Origin: Corallochytrium limacisporum Hawaii | Lineage: Eukaryota > Protista > Pluriformea | Length of the DNA: 64,000 bases | Assembly: GCA_002811645.1 (NCBI GenBank) | Contig: PDIP01000145.1 | Span: 64,772 to 128,771 of the forward strand | Direction of reading: 5' to 3' | Shown here: positions 1 to 10,900 of the stretch, in pieces | Numbering within the stretch: the first letter of the stretch is position 1 | Layout: every line of letters begins with the position of its first letter | Position numbers and translations under genes: made by a program | Notes under the pieces: model-generated | Told to the model about the DNA's origin: nothing | Databases searched by the model: none | What the model saw: the letters and a program-made list of their open reading frames with translations, nothing else

Positions 1-695
1 ATAAATAATCATATAAATCACGATCCGGTATATATTTTCGAACGAAAATTTTGGTTGGATACGGAGTATACATTCAACTCAGAGGATAGTAGTAGTTAGC
101 GTATACATGTCAGCCATGCCTCATTTTCATCATCGTTCCTCAGGCCGTCTAAATTGCAAGGGATTCAGTTCTGGGCTCTCTCCTCCGACGCTTCCCCCCT
201 CCGCCCCAGGCCTATGAACCCTTTTTCCCTCTGTGGGGATCTCTCAGGCGTCGCTACCGATTTCCAGTCATAAATTATGTGCTTCCCTGACGTAGGGTGG
301 AGAAAAAAAGGCTTGCTGGTTGGGAAGGGAGCGGCAAGTGCGGGGACGCCCGAGGGCGCCTAGATGGTAGGTCAACAGGGGAACTTCCCCTGGGTACTGT
401 CAACCAGACAAGGTGGTGAAAATCTTCATACCGATTGGGCCTCCCTACTGCGCTGTACCGTCGTCGTTGCCTGACGCTCTATGGTTATTGTGTCCTGGAA
501 GCAAGTACTTGAAGGACGCTATTTGTACCGCAATAAGGGAGAGGAATCCGCGCCATACATTCACACAACGAGACAAAACTAGGGAACATGTTTCATTAAG
601 TAAATATGATGACAGGGTAAATAGCCATCTCTACACTCGAGGACTCATTGAGCGGTAAGGTATTCCTACTGGAAGGACTTCGGTGATAAAAAAAA

Positions 696-2330
696 ATGTT
701 TGGCAATACACACTCACGCCATCCTCTGACGAGTAACCGTACGTCCGGGCTCAGCAGCCTTTCTTCGTCCGGAGCCTTCCATAACCAGCACAGTCACACT
801 GCAAACAGCAAAAGTGAATCTCAGTCCAAAGACCCACTCACAAAGGCGATTCGCTCCCTACCGTACCTGGTGTCTCGGAGATACCGTCGACTGGGCACAG
901 TTGTATTCGTCGTTCTGTGTTTCTATGCCTATATCTCTGGATTCGGAACGCGGAGGGTGGAGCCATCAATTTCTATCACCAGACATGCAGGGACTGCATC
1001 AGGTGCAGAACCAATACTCGACGCCCAGCGTCTGGCGTGGATGGGGCAGAATGACTTCCTGAGACGTCAAATTGAGATCTTGCGCCTCCACAATGAACGC
1101 CGACAGATTTGGCTGGACCACGCAAAAGGAGCAGCCGCCTCTCCGTCGATCCCTGCACAGGATGTGCCACTCTTGTCGGCAACAAGGAACAATTTTATGA
1201 TGGACGATGCGCTGTTTGTGCCGTCAATGGATCCACAAGGCAAGGAAGCATTAGAAAGAAAGACTTCACCACGCTTCACGGTGAGCATCGTAACGATTTT
1301 GCGCGAAGGTTACAGTTACGTCGAATATTCGGTCCAGAGTCTGCTGCGCGCAGTCAACGCCTACGAGGGCATCTTCAGGGATAAGGTCCACATAATCATA
1401 CAGATTGGCGACCGAGACCTGGATAAACAGCAGATCCAAAAAGATCGCCTGCAAGAAGAGTTTTCGAGAGAGATTGACGAGGGGCTGATCGAGGTCATTA
1501 CCATTCCCGAGGCCTATCATCCAGCGGAGTACCCAGTGACAGGCCGGGACCAATGGTACTTCAAACAAATCGTGGACTTTAGCCACGTTTTCAAGCACGC
1601 AGCCACTCAAAAAGGAGAGTACCTTATCTTCATGGAGGACGATTTACGATACAATGAGAACTTCTTTCAAGAGCTCAACAAGTTCTTAGACAACAAAGAC
1701 AAAAGATACGGACTAGAGCCGTGGTACATGCTCAGCGTGAGCGAACTCGGCTTCATTGGTCGCATATTCAAACACCGCCATCTCTGGGAGTTTGGAGAGC
1801 TTTTGAAGAGCTATTACACAAATGGAAAAGGTATGCCGGTGGACTATCTCATGATGCACTGGCTTTGGTTACACCGACAGGAGACGCAACGCTCCTGGAA
1901 GAAATCATTAGCTCAGCACTTAGGGGTGCACTCATCTCTGGAGGGTCGAGTCCAGTTGTTACAGGACTGGAAGGCTCCAAAACATCGACTTGATCAGGAG
2001 ATCTTCAAGCTTGACGACAATGAAGCTGCTGATCAAGCAGACGACGGAGTGACAGACGCCAATCCAAAGCCGCAAGGAGATGAGCAGGCAGAGCAGGAGC
2101 ATGTGCAGGTGCAGGTGCAGGAGCAGAAGCAGGAGCTGGAGCAGGAGCAGGAGCAAGAGCAAGAGCAAGAGCAAGAGCAAGAGCAAGAGCAAGAGCAAGA
2201 GCAAGAGCAAGAGCAAGAGCAAGAGCAAGAGCAAGAGCAAGAGCAAGAGCAAGAGCAAGAGCAAGAGCAAGAGCAAGAGCAAGAGCAAGAGCAAGAGCAA
2301 GAGCAGGAGCTGGAGCAGGTCAGAAAGTAA
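696..2330 (+). CDS. Glycosyltransferase family 54 (MGAT4/GnT-IV-like N-acetylglucosaminyltransferase), type II membrane protein with a C-terminal (EQ)n tail
   Basis: 544 aa ORF with an N-terminal signal anchor (LGTVVFVVLCFYAYISGF). GT54-type motifs in the expected order: FTVSIVTILRE..SYV..SVQSL, KQIVDF, YLIFMEDD, WYMLSVSELGFIGRIFK, PVDYLM, SLAQHLGVHSSLEG. Confidence 0.88.
   Translation: MFGNTHSRHPLTSNRTSGLSSLSSSGAFHNQHSHTANSKSESQSKDPLTKAIRSLPYLVSRRYRRLGTVVFVVLCFYAYISGFGTRRVEPSISITRHAGTASGAEPILDAQRLAWMGQNDFLRRQIEILRLHNERRQIWLDHAKGAAASPSIPAQDVPLLSATRNNFMMDDALFVPSMDPQGKEALERKTSPRFTVSIVTILREGYSYVEYSVQSLLRAVNAYEGIFRDKVHIIIQIGDRDLDKQQIQKDRLQEEFSREIDEGLIEVITIPEAYHPAEYPVTGRDQWYFKQIVDFSHVFKHAATQKGEYLIFMEDDLRYNENFFQELNKFLDNKDKRYGLEPWYMLSVSELGFIGRIFKHRHLWEFGELLKSYYTNGKGMPVDYLMMHWLWLHRQETQRSWKKSLAQHLGVHSSLEGRVQLLQDWKAPKHRLDQEIFKLDDNEAADQADDGVTDANPKPQGDEQAEQEHVQVQVQEQKQELEQEQEQEQEQEQEQEQEQEQEQEQEQEQEQEQEQEQEQEQEQEQEQEQEQEQEQEQELEQVRK
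2151..2300 (+). repeat. Coding hexanucleotide microsatellite (GAGCAA)25 encoding poly-(EQ)
   Basis: Perfect GAGCAA x25, flanked by GAGCAG variants, in frame within the GT54 ORF. Confidence 0.95.
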
Positions 2331-2595
2331 ACCTGGGAACACCATGTCCCGGTGTAGAACGAACATGACCACATTTGTTGGAGCATGCACAGGAGCCTCG
2401 GATCTGGATCCTGGGTACTCCGAATACGACAAGAGATCACGAATAGTAGATTACGAATACGACAAGAGACCGAGTCGTACATTTCGAATAGAAGATACGA
2501 ATAGAAGTTTATGTATATATTATTGGAAGGCATGAAAACAGGATCACCATATCCAGATTCCAATTTCGTGTCGCACTGGCTATGGCAAACGATCG

Positions 2596-4212
2596 TCAGA
2601 CAACCTCAACTAGCTCGTCCTTATCCTCGTCCTTATCCTCATCCCTCTCCGAAAGATGCAGCTGCTGCTGCAGCTGCTGTAGCGGAGCCAGGCCATTCTG
2701 CCATGCGTGATGAATGGTCTGCAGTGCGGGACTGTCCCCCGTACCGTCATTGTCAGACGTAAAACAGCAGGGCAAGCAGATAAAAGACGTAAACACCTCC
2801 TTGAGCAGGCCAAGCTTTGTACCACTGTAGAGTAGGAGGCAAACATTGATCGACGTAAGGATCACAAATGGCCAACGGATAATACGGGCCACATCCTGGT
2901 TCTTGAAGTCTTGCACGTACATGAATACAAAGTCACCAATGATCAACGCCAATTCCACAAACAGAGATATTTGCATGGCATCCACCGTCACGGACAGGGA
3001 CCGCTCCTTCAAACCCATCAGCACCTGGTATGCAAGTAGCGCACTGAGGATGGTAAGGAAAAAGAAGTCGAGGCGGAAGGGGATTTTGGGCAGGACATCT
3101 GCCAGTAGCAAAATCTCGATGATAATCTCAGAGAAAAGCATAAAGATGGCGTTGAAGCTGATCATGACCTGGGCCTTAACCACACTGGAAGGCAAGGTCT
3201 CGGACAGCATGCGGTGCTCTGTGTCGTATGGGTTCACGCTGCGGTGCGTACTGGCCACGCGTTCTTCAGCGAGGCCAGTTGGAAGGCTTACGCCCTGAAG
3301 CTGTGAAGCGGTCGCTGCGATGGACGGAGACGGAGACTGTGGTTGGGGCTGGGCCGCCTCGACGTCATAGTCGTAGTCTACACTGGGAGCGACTGAGCCA
3401 TGTGCATGTGCATGCGCATGCGCGTGGTGCACACGGCGGCGGTGGTGGTGATGGGCGTGGTGCTGGGTATGGCTACCATGGAAGGGACTGCCGGGCCGAC
3501 GGCCCTGATTTGGCAGGTGCTCGGCTCCGAAGCTGAGTGGAGAGGCTGGTTCTTCGGCCATTGTGTCCACAACACCCGTGACCATCGCTCCTGAGGACTC
3601 TGCTTCCTTTTCCTTCGCGGCCGCGGCACTTGCTGCGGCCTTGCGCTCCTCCTCAGTGCGCCTCACACTCTCCCGGCGCTGCCTCCGCTGCGCCTCCTCG
3701 ACTAGCGAAGCGTTGCTCAATTCAGTCTGAAGCCAATGATAAATGTCTGACAGTTTGTGACCAACGGTGACCTGTCTACGCATGCCACCCTTCACTTGGC
3801 CAGGGGTGCGAAGACGGTGCGGTAACGTGTCGATGTCATCACCAGCCATTGTGGCACCTCCCTGCTGCAATGATTGTTGTTGGTAGTATTCTTGTTGTTC
3901 ACGGATCTGCCGCATTCGTTCCTGGTCCCGAAGGTTAGGGAAGCTCCGGACCCGCTGTTCTCCTTGCAGTGCTGGTGTATGTTGCGTTCCCCGACCGGCG
4001 ACATGTGAGTGGACGTCCGGCCCCAAGCGTGAAAGGAATGACCGTCTCCGCTGAGGCTGTTGTTGTGGCAGCTCACCCTGCTGCTGCTGTTCTTGCTGCT
4101 GCTGTTCCTGCTGGGTCTCCTGGCTCTCTTGCTCCATACGCTGTAGGGACGTTTCCGAATCTGCAGTGGGCATGGGGATCCATGACTGCCTCTTGTGCGG
4201 AGGTCCAGTCAT
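2596..4212 (-). CDS. Hypothetical membrane protein: long low-complexity Q/H/R-rich N-terminus plus a ~4-TM C-terminal domain
   Basis: 538 aa ATG-initiated ORF with poly-Q and poly-H tracts. Four hydrophobic segments: VMISFNAIFMLFSEIIIEILLL, FFFLTILSALLAYQVLMGL, ISLFVELALIIGDFVFMYV, WPFVILTSINVCLLLY. Family not recognised. Convergent with the GT54 gene. Confidence 0.8.
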   Translation of the reverse strand: MTGPPHKRQSWIPMPTADSETSLQRMEQESQETQQEQQQQEQQQQGELPQQQPQRRRSFLSRLGPDVHSHVAGRGTQHTPALQGEQRVRSFPNLRDQERMRQIREQQEYYQQQSLQQGGATMAGDDIDTLPHRLRTPGQVKGGMRRQVTVGHKLSDIYHWLQTELSNASLVEEAQRRQRRESVRRTEEERKAAASAAAAKEKEAESSGAMVTGVVDTMAEEPASPLSFGAEHLPNQGRRPGSPFHGSHTQHHAHHHHRRRVHHAHAHAHAHGSVAPSVDYDYDVEAAQPQPQSPSPSIAATASQLQGVSLPTGLAEERVASTHRSVNPYDTEHRMLSETLPSSVVKAQVMISFNAIFMLFSEIIIEILLLADVLPKIPFRLDFFFLTILSALLAYQVLMGLKERSLSVTVDAMQISLFVELALIIGDFVFMYVQDFKNQDVARIIRWPFVILTSINVCLLLYSGTKLGLLKEVFTSFICLPCCFTSDNDGTGDSPALQTIHHAWQNGLAPLQQLQQQLHLSERDEDKDEDKDELVEVV

Positions 4213-7069
4213 TTTGAAATCTATGTTCGAACTCTGACTTCAAATTCTATTTTTCACTACTACCGAACGTTTGGTACAAAGAACGGATTCATAACCACGT
4301 CTTGTTCCTATGAAGAGAGTCCACGGTTGGAATCATGCAGTTCATTTCGTTTCTAGGTCTTTGTATTTACTTGCTAGGTGATGTTTGGTATAGATTTGAT
4401 CGCTATATACCTCAACGGAGAATGTCGAGAAGACAGCGTGTAGATTGGGTCTGTAAGCGAAGGAGAGCACAGTATATGCAGGTCCGAAGAATGGATTGGA
4501 TCTGGCTGCCTGCCTGACTGGCACCCTTTGGCGCAGACCAACAGTTTCGAATTCTGATCAACACCGTTACCTTTCCCCCGTTGGCGTCACCGTTGGCGGT
4601 GGTTGGCATTGGGGTCATTTCATCTAATCTCCCGCGTTACCTTTTGGGCCACCCCCCCATCTTCGTTATCGATGAAGTAATTGGGACACCTCCTGGTCCA
4701 GTCAAAAATCCAGTTTCCATACTAAATATATTAACTCTCTCGGGTCTGAGAATAGAAAGGAAGAAAACAGCCACCTGGATGCATCGTAGGCGGAGTTCTG
4801 ATTTTTTGAAATGTACACACGCTGTGGTCCCCTCTCCCTCTCGCCTTCTTTGGCCGGGGGAAGTGCCAGTTATTCTCAGTCTCACCCTCCCCCCCTCCTC
4901 CTCCTCCTCTAACTCCGCGCACTTGTAAATGCGTACGGAGGCAACATCAATTGACTGCTCAGTTGTCTACATGTACTGAATATCATCCCCGACTACGCTA
5001 TTAAAACAATACAAAAACAATATACTACATAGGTGTAATGTATATTTTCGGTACCGGCCCAGGTGTTGCGTAGGGCTAGGTTCTCTGTGACGTCGCCCCA
5101 GTTGGGGACACGAGAAGACGACATCATCCCCCCCCCCAAGAGAGAGAGACTCGCACAGTCAACGCGGGCCACGGGAGAGACCCCCGTAGATTTTCCCTCG
5201 AAACCCACACTTTCTAGCAGGTTCCAAAATAAACAGAAGGGTTCTGCCACCCCCACTCCCCCCCCCCCCCCCCCGGGGGGGCGTTCTCTCTTCTCCCTTC
5301 CGTTCCAACACCCTCGCAATACCCTCGCAATGTCCCTTCGTTAATCACACCTGCCCTTGGTGTGTTTGAACCGTCCCGTGTTGTGGATTGGTACCTAACG
5401 GAGGGGGGCTTTTGGTGGACGCAGTGTTCTTCGCTGCTAATACTCCGATACGAATTTAAGGGTATTTTGCCAGGGTACGAGAAAATAGGTCACCATGGGT
5501 GGAGTCCGAGTTCGTTCTGTCCATACCAGAGCCCCCTCCCTGCCCCGGTGCAAACCTGCAATGTTCTGAGTATATTTAGTATTGCATGTGTCAATCATAC
5601 AGTTTTTTATGGTGGGTCATCGATAGCAACCCCGAACGGGCACTCGTCATTGCCCCCAACCACCCGGAGAAAAACTCGCGCCACTACGTGTACACATCGC
5701 AAGGGACGTGAGTTTGTCCCCGGTCAAGAAAACGCGGTACAGAACAGACTGACAAAAAGTTGCAATTGGACGAGGCGTGTTTTTGAGTTGGTGTTTTTTT
5801 TCTTAAGTCCCAATCAGCCCGGTCCCGCAGCTCTCCACCCCCGGGGGGTGGGAGTGGGTTCCCGCAGACATTGAGAAATTAAGGACAGATAAGCGAAAGA
5901 TCCCATTCAGGCTGCCTGGCTGATAAAGGGTTCTCCTTAGCCTGTTCTTCCCCCTCCCCCCCTCCACCTCCACCTCTCCCTCTCCCTCCCTTTCAGCGCC
6001 CGCAGGTGGTGGTGGTACACTGCCTCGTCGCTTTTGGGCCTGCGTGTGTGTTGGTGTGCTTTGCGTCTGGCTGGCTCTCTCTCTCTCTCTCCCCCTCTCT
6101 CCCCCCCTGGTTCCCTCGCTTTCCCTTCCGTGCGCTGTCTTGCCACTTAGGGGTCGTAGAAGGAAAAAGTCGGAAGAGAACACACACGGGCGCGGGAGAA
6201 TTTTATCTCTCAAAGGCTATGAATGAGAGAGTTGCGTGAATGGGAAAACCAAAAAACAACCTTGCTTCCACGCCTGTAGGGGAAAAGAAAGGGAGGGGGG
6301 GAGAGAGAGAATCATAGTTATTACATTAGGCGGACGGTCTATTAAAGAATTCTGCTGTACGTCGGTCCGAATAGTACCAAGAGCCAGGATGGGCAAAGGG
6401 GGAGTGAGGGGCGGACAGTTTCGACACTGGGTGCAAAGCCCAACGGGGAGAAACGGTGGGATGTGCGGGCACCATATGATTTATATGGGGAAAAAGTATC
6501 AGGGCATCTGTCGGGGCCAAGACGGTCAATATTTTTTTCTTTTCTTCCCGGTACCTTCTGCGGTGTGATACGGGAACGAAACATCCCGAAGATCGGTCAC
6601 GCAGCTATTTTTGGTTTTCATATACGTTTTGCAATCCAGAAATTCTGTCGCAGCGTATGCATAAAATATGTATACACAAAGTATGATATTAAAAGTTAGC
6701 CGTATACAGTTTCACACAGGTGCGAAGTGAGTAGGACCCCCTGCAGGTTAGGTGTGACAAGATTTGTGCCAACTGTACATTGTCCAGCCAAGCGTGTCCT
6801 TCTCCATTCCTTCTCTATGATGGATTGTGAACCACCGATGAGCGACTCTTGCACCGCCGGGCATGTAAGTGGGTTACAAAATCGGACGATATTGGGGACC
6901 TGTTTAATGAAAGGGCATGGTCAAGTCCTAATGATTCCACGTGGAATCAGTACGGAATGTACGCACGTCGAGTCACTGTATGAGTGAGTATGTCTTAAGT
7001 TCTTAACTATGGTGGGGGTAAAGTCTCGCTCGGGGCGTACGGATTTCCCGCGCGGAGAGAGTCTGCGGG

Positions 7070-7990
7070 AGCTGGGGCTTCCCAATTCGTTCCGACTGGG
7101 CTTTGGGCATCTCCCATTTCTCACGTCTATATGTTCCACCTGGCAGAAACAAAGAACATAATCATCGACCTCAAACTTCACTCATGTGGTACACTCCCTT
7201 CGGTCCCAGTGAATTTGGCAAACAAGTTCGCTCGTCAACATCTGTGGAAGGGCTGTGTGACTGTCGACGTCCATTTCGTTTCAAATCATTGGCGCCCCCC
7301 GAGGGAGCACCCACTAGCTACTCCCTCGTGGACAAGAGCAACATAAGTGATAATGGAAGGCCGTCTGTGCGAATGCTGGGGACAGGACATCCTCTACTGT
7401 ATAGCGTTCACATGAAAAGCGATGGTGAGTCAAATCCAAGAATGACGAAGTGCCACCGTTTCCTCAGGAAGTCATCTTCAACATCAAAGCCTCGCGTGCA
7501 TCAAAATGGACAGAATAAGGAAGACGGTTCTACGGCTCATTAGCATGGCAAAGAGAAGCTCGTTTATCGCACAAGCGGATGTTAAACGATGGCGAGTGTG
7601 TTTCGTCAGCGATGAAGTAATTGTAGCGTTTTTGATGAACCTCAATCTCCTTCCGATGTGGCCGATGATCATATCTATACCTGTAGGATCATCGTCCATT
7701 CAACACTGACAAGCGTGCAAACAATTGAACCACTAGTAATAAGGAGCACACTAGCGGCACAACCCACCACCACGTCAGGAAATCATTAGCCTCTCCCCAA
7801 CCGAACATGGTCTTGGCCAAGCTGCAGTTTTACGACGGACCAAGCGCAGGTCCAGACGACCGCATTACTCATGTCACCATGGATGGTCACCGACAGGGGA
7901 TGGCAGCCTATAGCGGGGTCTCTCTTCAAGAGGAAGTTGTGGAGCGTGGGCAGGTTCCCGTCGTTGGGGGGCACACAGATGCAAACTTTA
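7070..7990 (-). mobile_element. Heavily decayed Ty3/gypsy-type LTR retrotransposon integrase remnant
   Basis: Manual minus-strand translation gives three motifs in the correct order, broken by stops and frameshifts: an integrase H2C2-like segment ICVPPNDGNL...DPAIGCHP....VVW (~7850-7980), an HPQTDG-like remnant (cattcgcacagacggcc, 7359-7375), and a post-integrase VKFEVDDYVL...K....LGSP motif (~7075-7181). Confidence 0.5.
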
Positions 7991-10900
7991 CCCGAGTGGC
8001 ATCACAAGTCCGTAGAGTGCGGCTGTGACACATCCGTGTAGTGGTTGAGCCGGGCAACAAGGAACAGGAGGCTCTACATGCCACGAAGAGACCCGGGGCG
8101 AGTCCGAACTCTTAGGAGGTCATAGTATGTGGGCAGATCTGCTTAATCTTCCCAGTGTCCATACGACTCCGTCCTTCAGCGTCGATCGTGCTTCATTGGT
8201 GACCTGAGTACGGTCCGCCCGGACAATGGCACCCCGAAGCAAACATACCTGAAACCCTCATGAAGTCGCGAAATACAGAAATCCATATTTTAAAGAAATC
8301 TATTGAAATATATAAAATCAACGAGAGTACCCGAATATTTAGAATATGGCCAGTCAGCCCCACAAGCGGCTCGAGGTGCCTCGTCGGATGTCATGCATTT
8401 TGCCATGGGACCCTGGGGTATGAAGCTACTGGCATGTCAGCTGTGTTCGAGCTGGCGATCAGGTCAAAACCAGGAAGCAGCCCACAAGAATAGGACTCAT
8501 GTACATGTACAATACATACCGGCTAGTGACCATACGTTCTCCTACATCACGTGTTGTCTTCCTCTACAGGGCGCCATAGTATACAGAGAGTTAGAGTAAG
8601 CGATGGCATTGCGTAAAAGTTTCTTTCCAGCCCGTGATATATAAACAATCAATATCATAGCATCCAGAACATGAATGGTCATGATGGGCAGGAGTCCTTC
8701 TTTCGGAATTATACTGCCCATCAGACTCTGTTCATGTTGACAGACGGGCAGATATGAAACACTGGAGTGCGCACTGTGGGCGTTCATACCTATGCCTCGT
8801 ACGGATGGTGGGGTCTTGAGTCTGAATGCGGGTTGAGGGTCAAGCCCGAACTGTTCCAGCTGGTCACTTCTGATCCCACTGGTCCATCCATTCTGACAGA
8901 GTACAGGAATGATTTGACGACTGTGTTTCACGGGCTCAGCATGCACCAGGCTCTTAGGGAATTATCCACACAATGCAAATATTGAACAGCCGTAGAAATG
9001 AAAGGCAGGTTCTTGTTTCGCAGCCCACATTCCCGCCCATCCATCACCCAGGCTAATCGTATTTGGGAACTTCGGTCTTTATTGTCACCGCCCACATGAG
9101 GCATCCACAAAGAATTTAGTGTCTAAGGTCGCCATTCCTTTGTAACGGATGACAGTGGACTATTGGAACCTACGTCTGCCGGGAGGCCGCTTGGACCCAA
9201 CATTTGCGGGCTCCGATTTGGTACGTACGTTAAATTTCCTTCCTTTTTCAGATGCTCAGTAGTGCACCCGGCTATTATCCTTGCCCTCCGAATTTCTTCC
9301 TGACACCCTGTACGCGTACGTTGAGGGCCATTCGCTATAGGAAAATAGTGTTCCTTCGGTGGTTCCCCACCCAACCTTTATTTCATTTTGGGAGCGTAAC
9401 TGGTGCAGCTCGTGAGCAGGAAGCCATCCATTAGTGTCCGGGGCCATCGCTTGTAAATTCCAATTCCTTCACTTTCGATCACATAGATTTGTCCTTTTGG
9501 ATGGCGGCACTCATACGGCACGGTGAGAAAGCCCACTTTCAAAGACCGTGCAACCTGTTTGACAGGGAGAGAGGCATGCTTTCTGAGTGGCAGAGGTGTC
9601 TACGGTCCAACCGGCATCTTTGGTCGTTCCTTCGAAGATTGTTGCTGAGAGGGCACCGATTGCGTTTCTGGATTGTATAGGATGCCGTGTGATGGTAAGG
9701 TCCTCACAGAGTATCACTGGGAAAGTTCGCTTTGAGACTCAATGGGCCACCCACAAGCCCACACAAACCAAGCGGGAAACCCAATCCTAAGAAACAGGGC
9801 GACTTGCCGTAAAAGGAAGTTTTCTTACAAAATTTCCCCTTTTCGGTCTGTACAGCCGGTTAAACTTTGGCAGCGAAATTCTTTGGTGGCTGGGCGTGCA
9901 GAGAACAACGCAAATGCTTGAGCGCACAGAGTGCACACATTTCTTCCCTGTGGTTCCTGTGTGTTTCTTCTTCCTTCATCTGCAGATAAGTGCTACGATG
10001 TTGACGGGGTTCATGTCAAAAGAGTCTCCATTCGTGCAGGATTAGTTATATAATTGTGGAAATAGTAAGCAACAATTGCCCCTTTGTTCTCTTTGGTATT
10101 TTTGTGGAAATTCAGAAAGCGAAACCACATCAGTAACGTGTGTAAGAGAGCGCCGCTTGCGGAATCGGGACTGTAAACACACAATATGGACAAAATGTAA
10201 CTGAACTCTTGTGCGAAAGAACTTAAACCGTTGTTTCATTGGTTTTTGCAGGAGATCGAAGCAATGATCCGAGGTTTATAGAAGTTTGGAGCTTGAAAAA
10301 ATTTAGCGTGGAGAGGGCTCCAGGGAAGAAAACGGCGAGAGAGACAGCGATGTCGGGATACATAACCTCCTTGCTTCCTTCCTCTTCATCACCAACATTT
10401 CCGTCTTTCCCAAGAAGCAGTAGGATAGACCAGGCGGAGAAGTCCTTTCATGTTGTAGACAAGGATGTACCGGTCTCCATAGCGCAGCGCTTGGCTAAGT
10501 TCTCCTCGTACTCGATGTCCCCTGTGCGAGAATCCTACTACCCCCTAGTTTCTAAATTTACCGGGGAAGAAGCAGAAGGAAATATGCTAGACGCAATTAA
10601 ACACAAACTGGCAGCTCTCCGCGAAGACACCTTCGTAAGAAGCAGAAAGCGATCTCTTGTCAATTTGTTGAAAACACTAGTGCGCGTGTTTATCTTTCAG
10701 TCGCTAAGAGGCGAAGATTCAAACCCCTGCTGCCCGTGCTTCTCCACCAACGAACCTGAGCAAGGAACGAGATAGTAGTACCAAGAGGGAAAACGAGAAC
10801 GAAACTACAAGTTTCATTGTAGTATGAAATGAACTCGTGTTGGAAGCTTTGTTCTCGAGAGAGATAGTAGAAAGAAAATAAGTGCCGTCTACCAATTGTT

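Noticed and set aside
1959-2563. Poly-L, poly-CS and poly-SK ORFs
   Set aside because: Alternative frames of the GAGCAA repeat.
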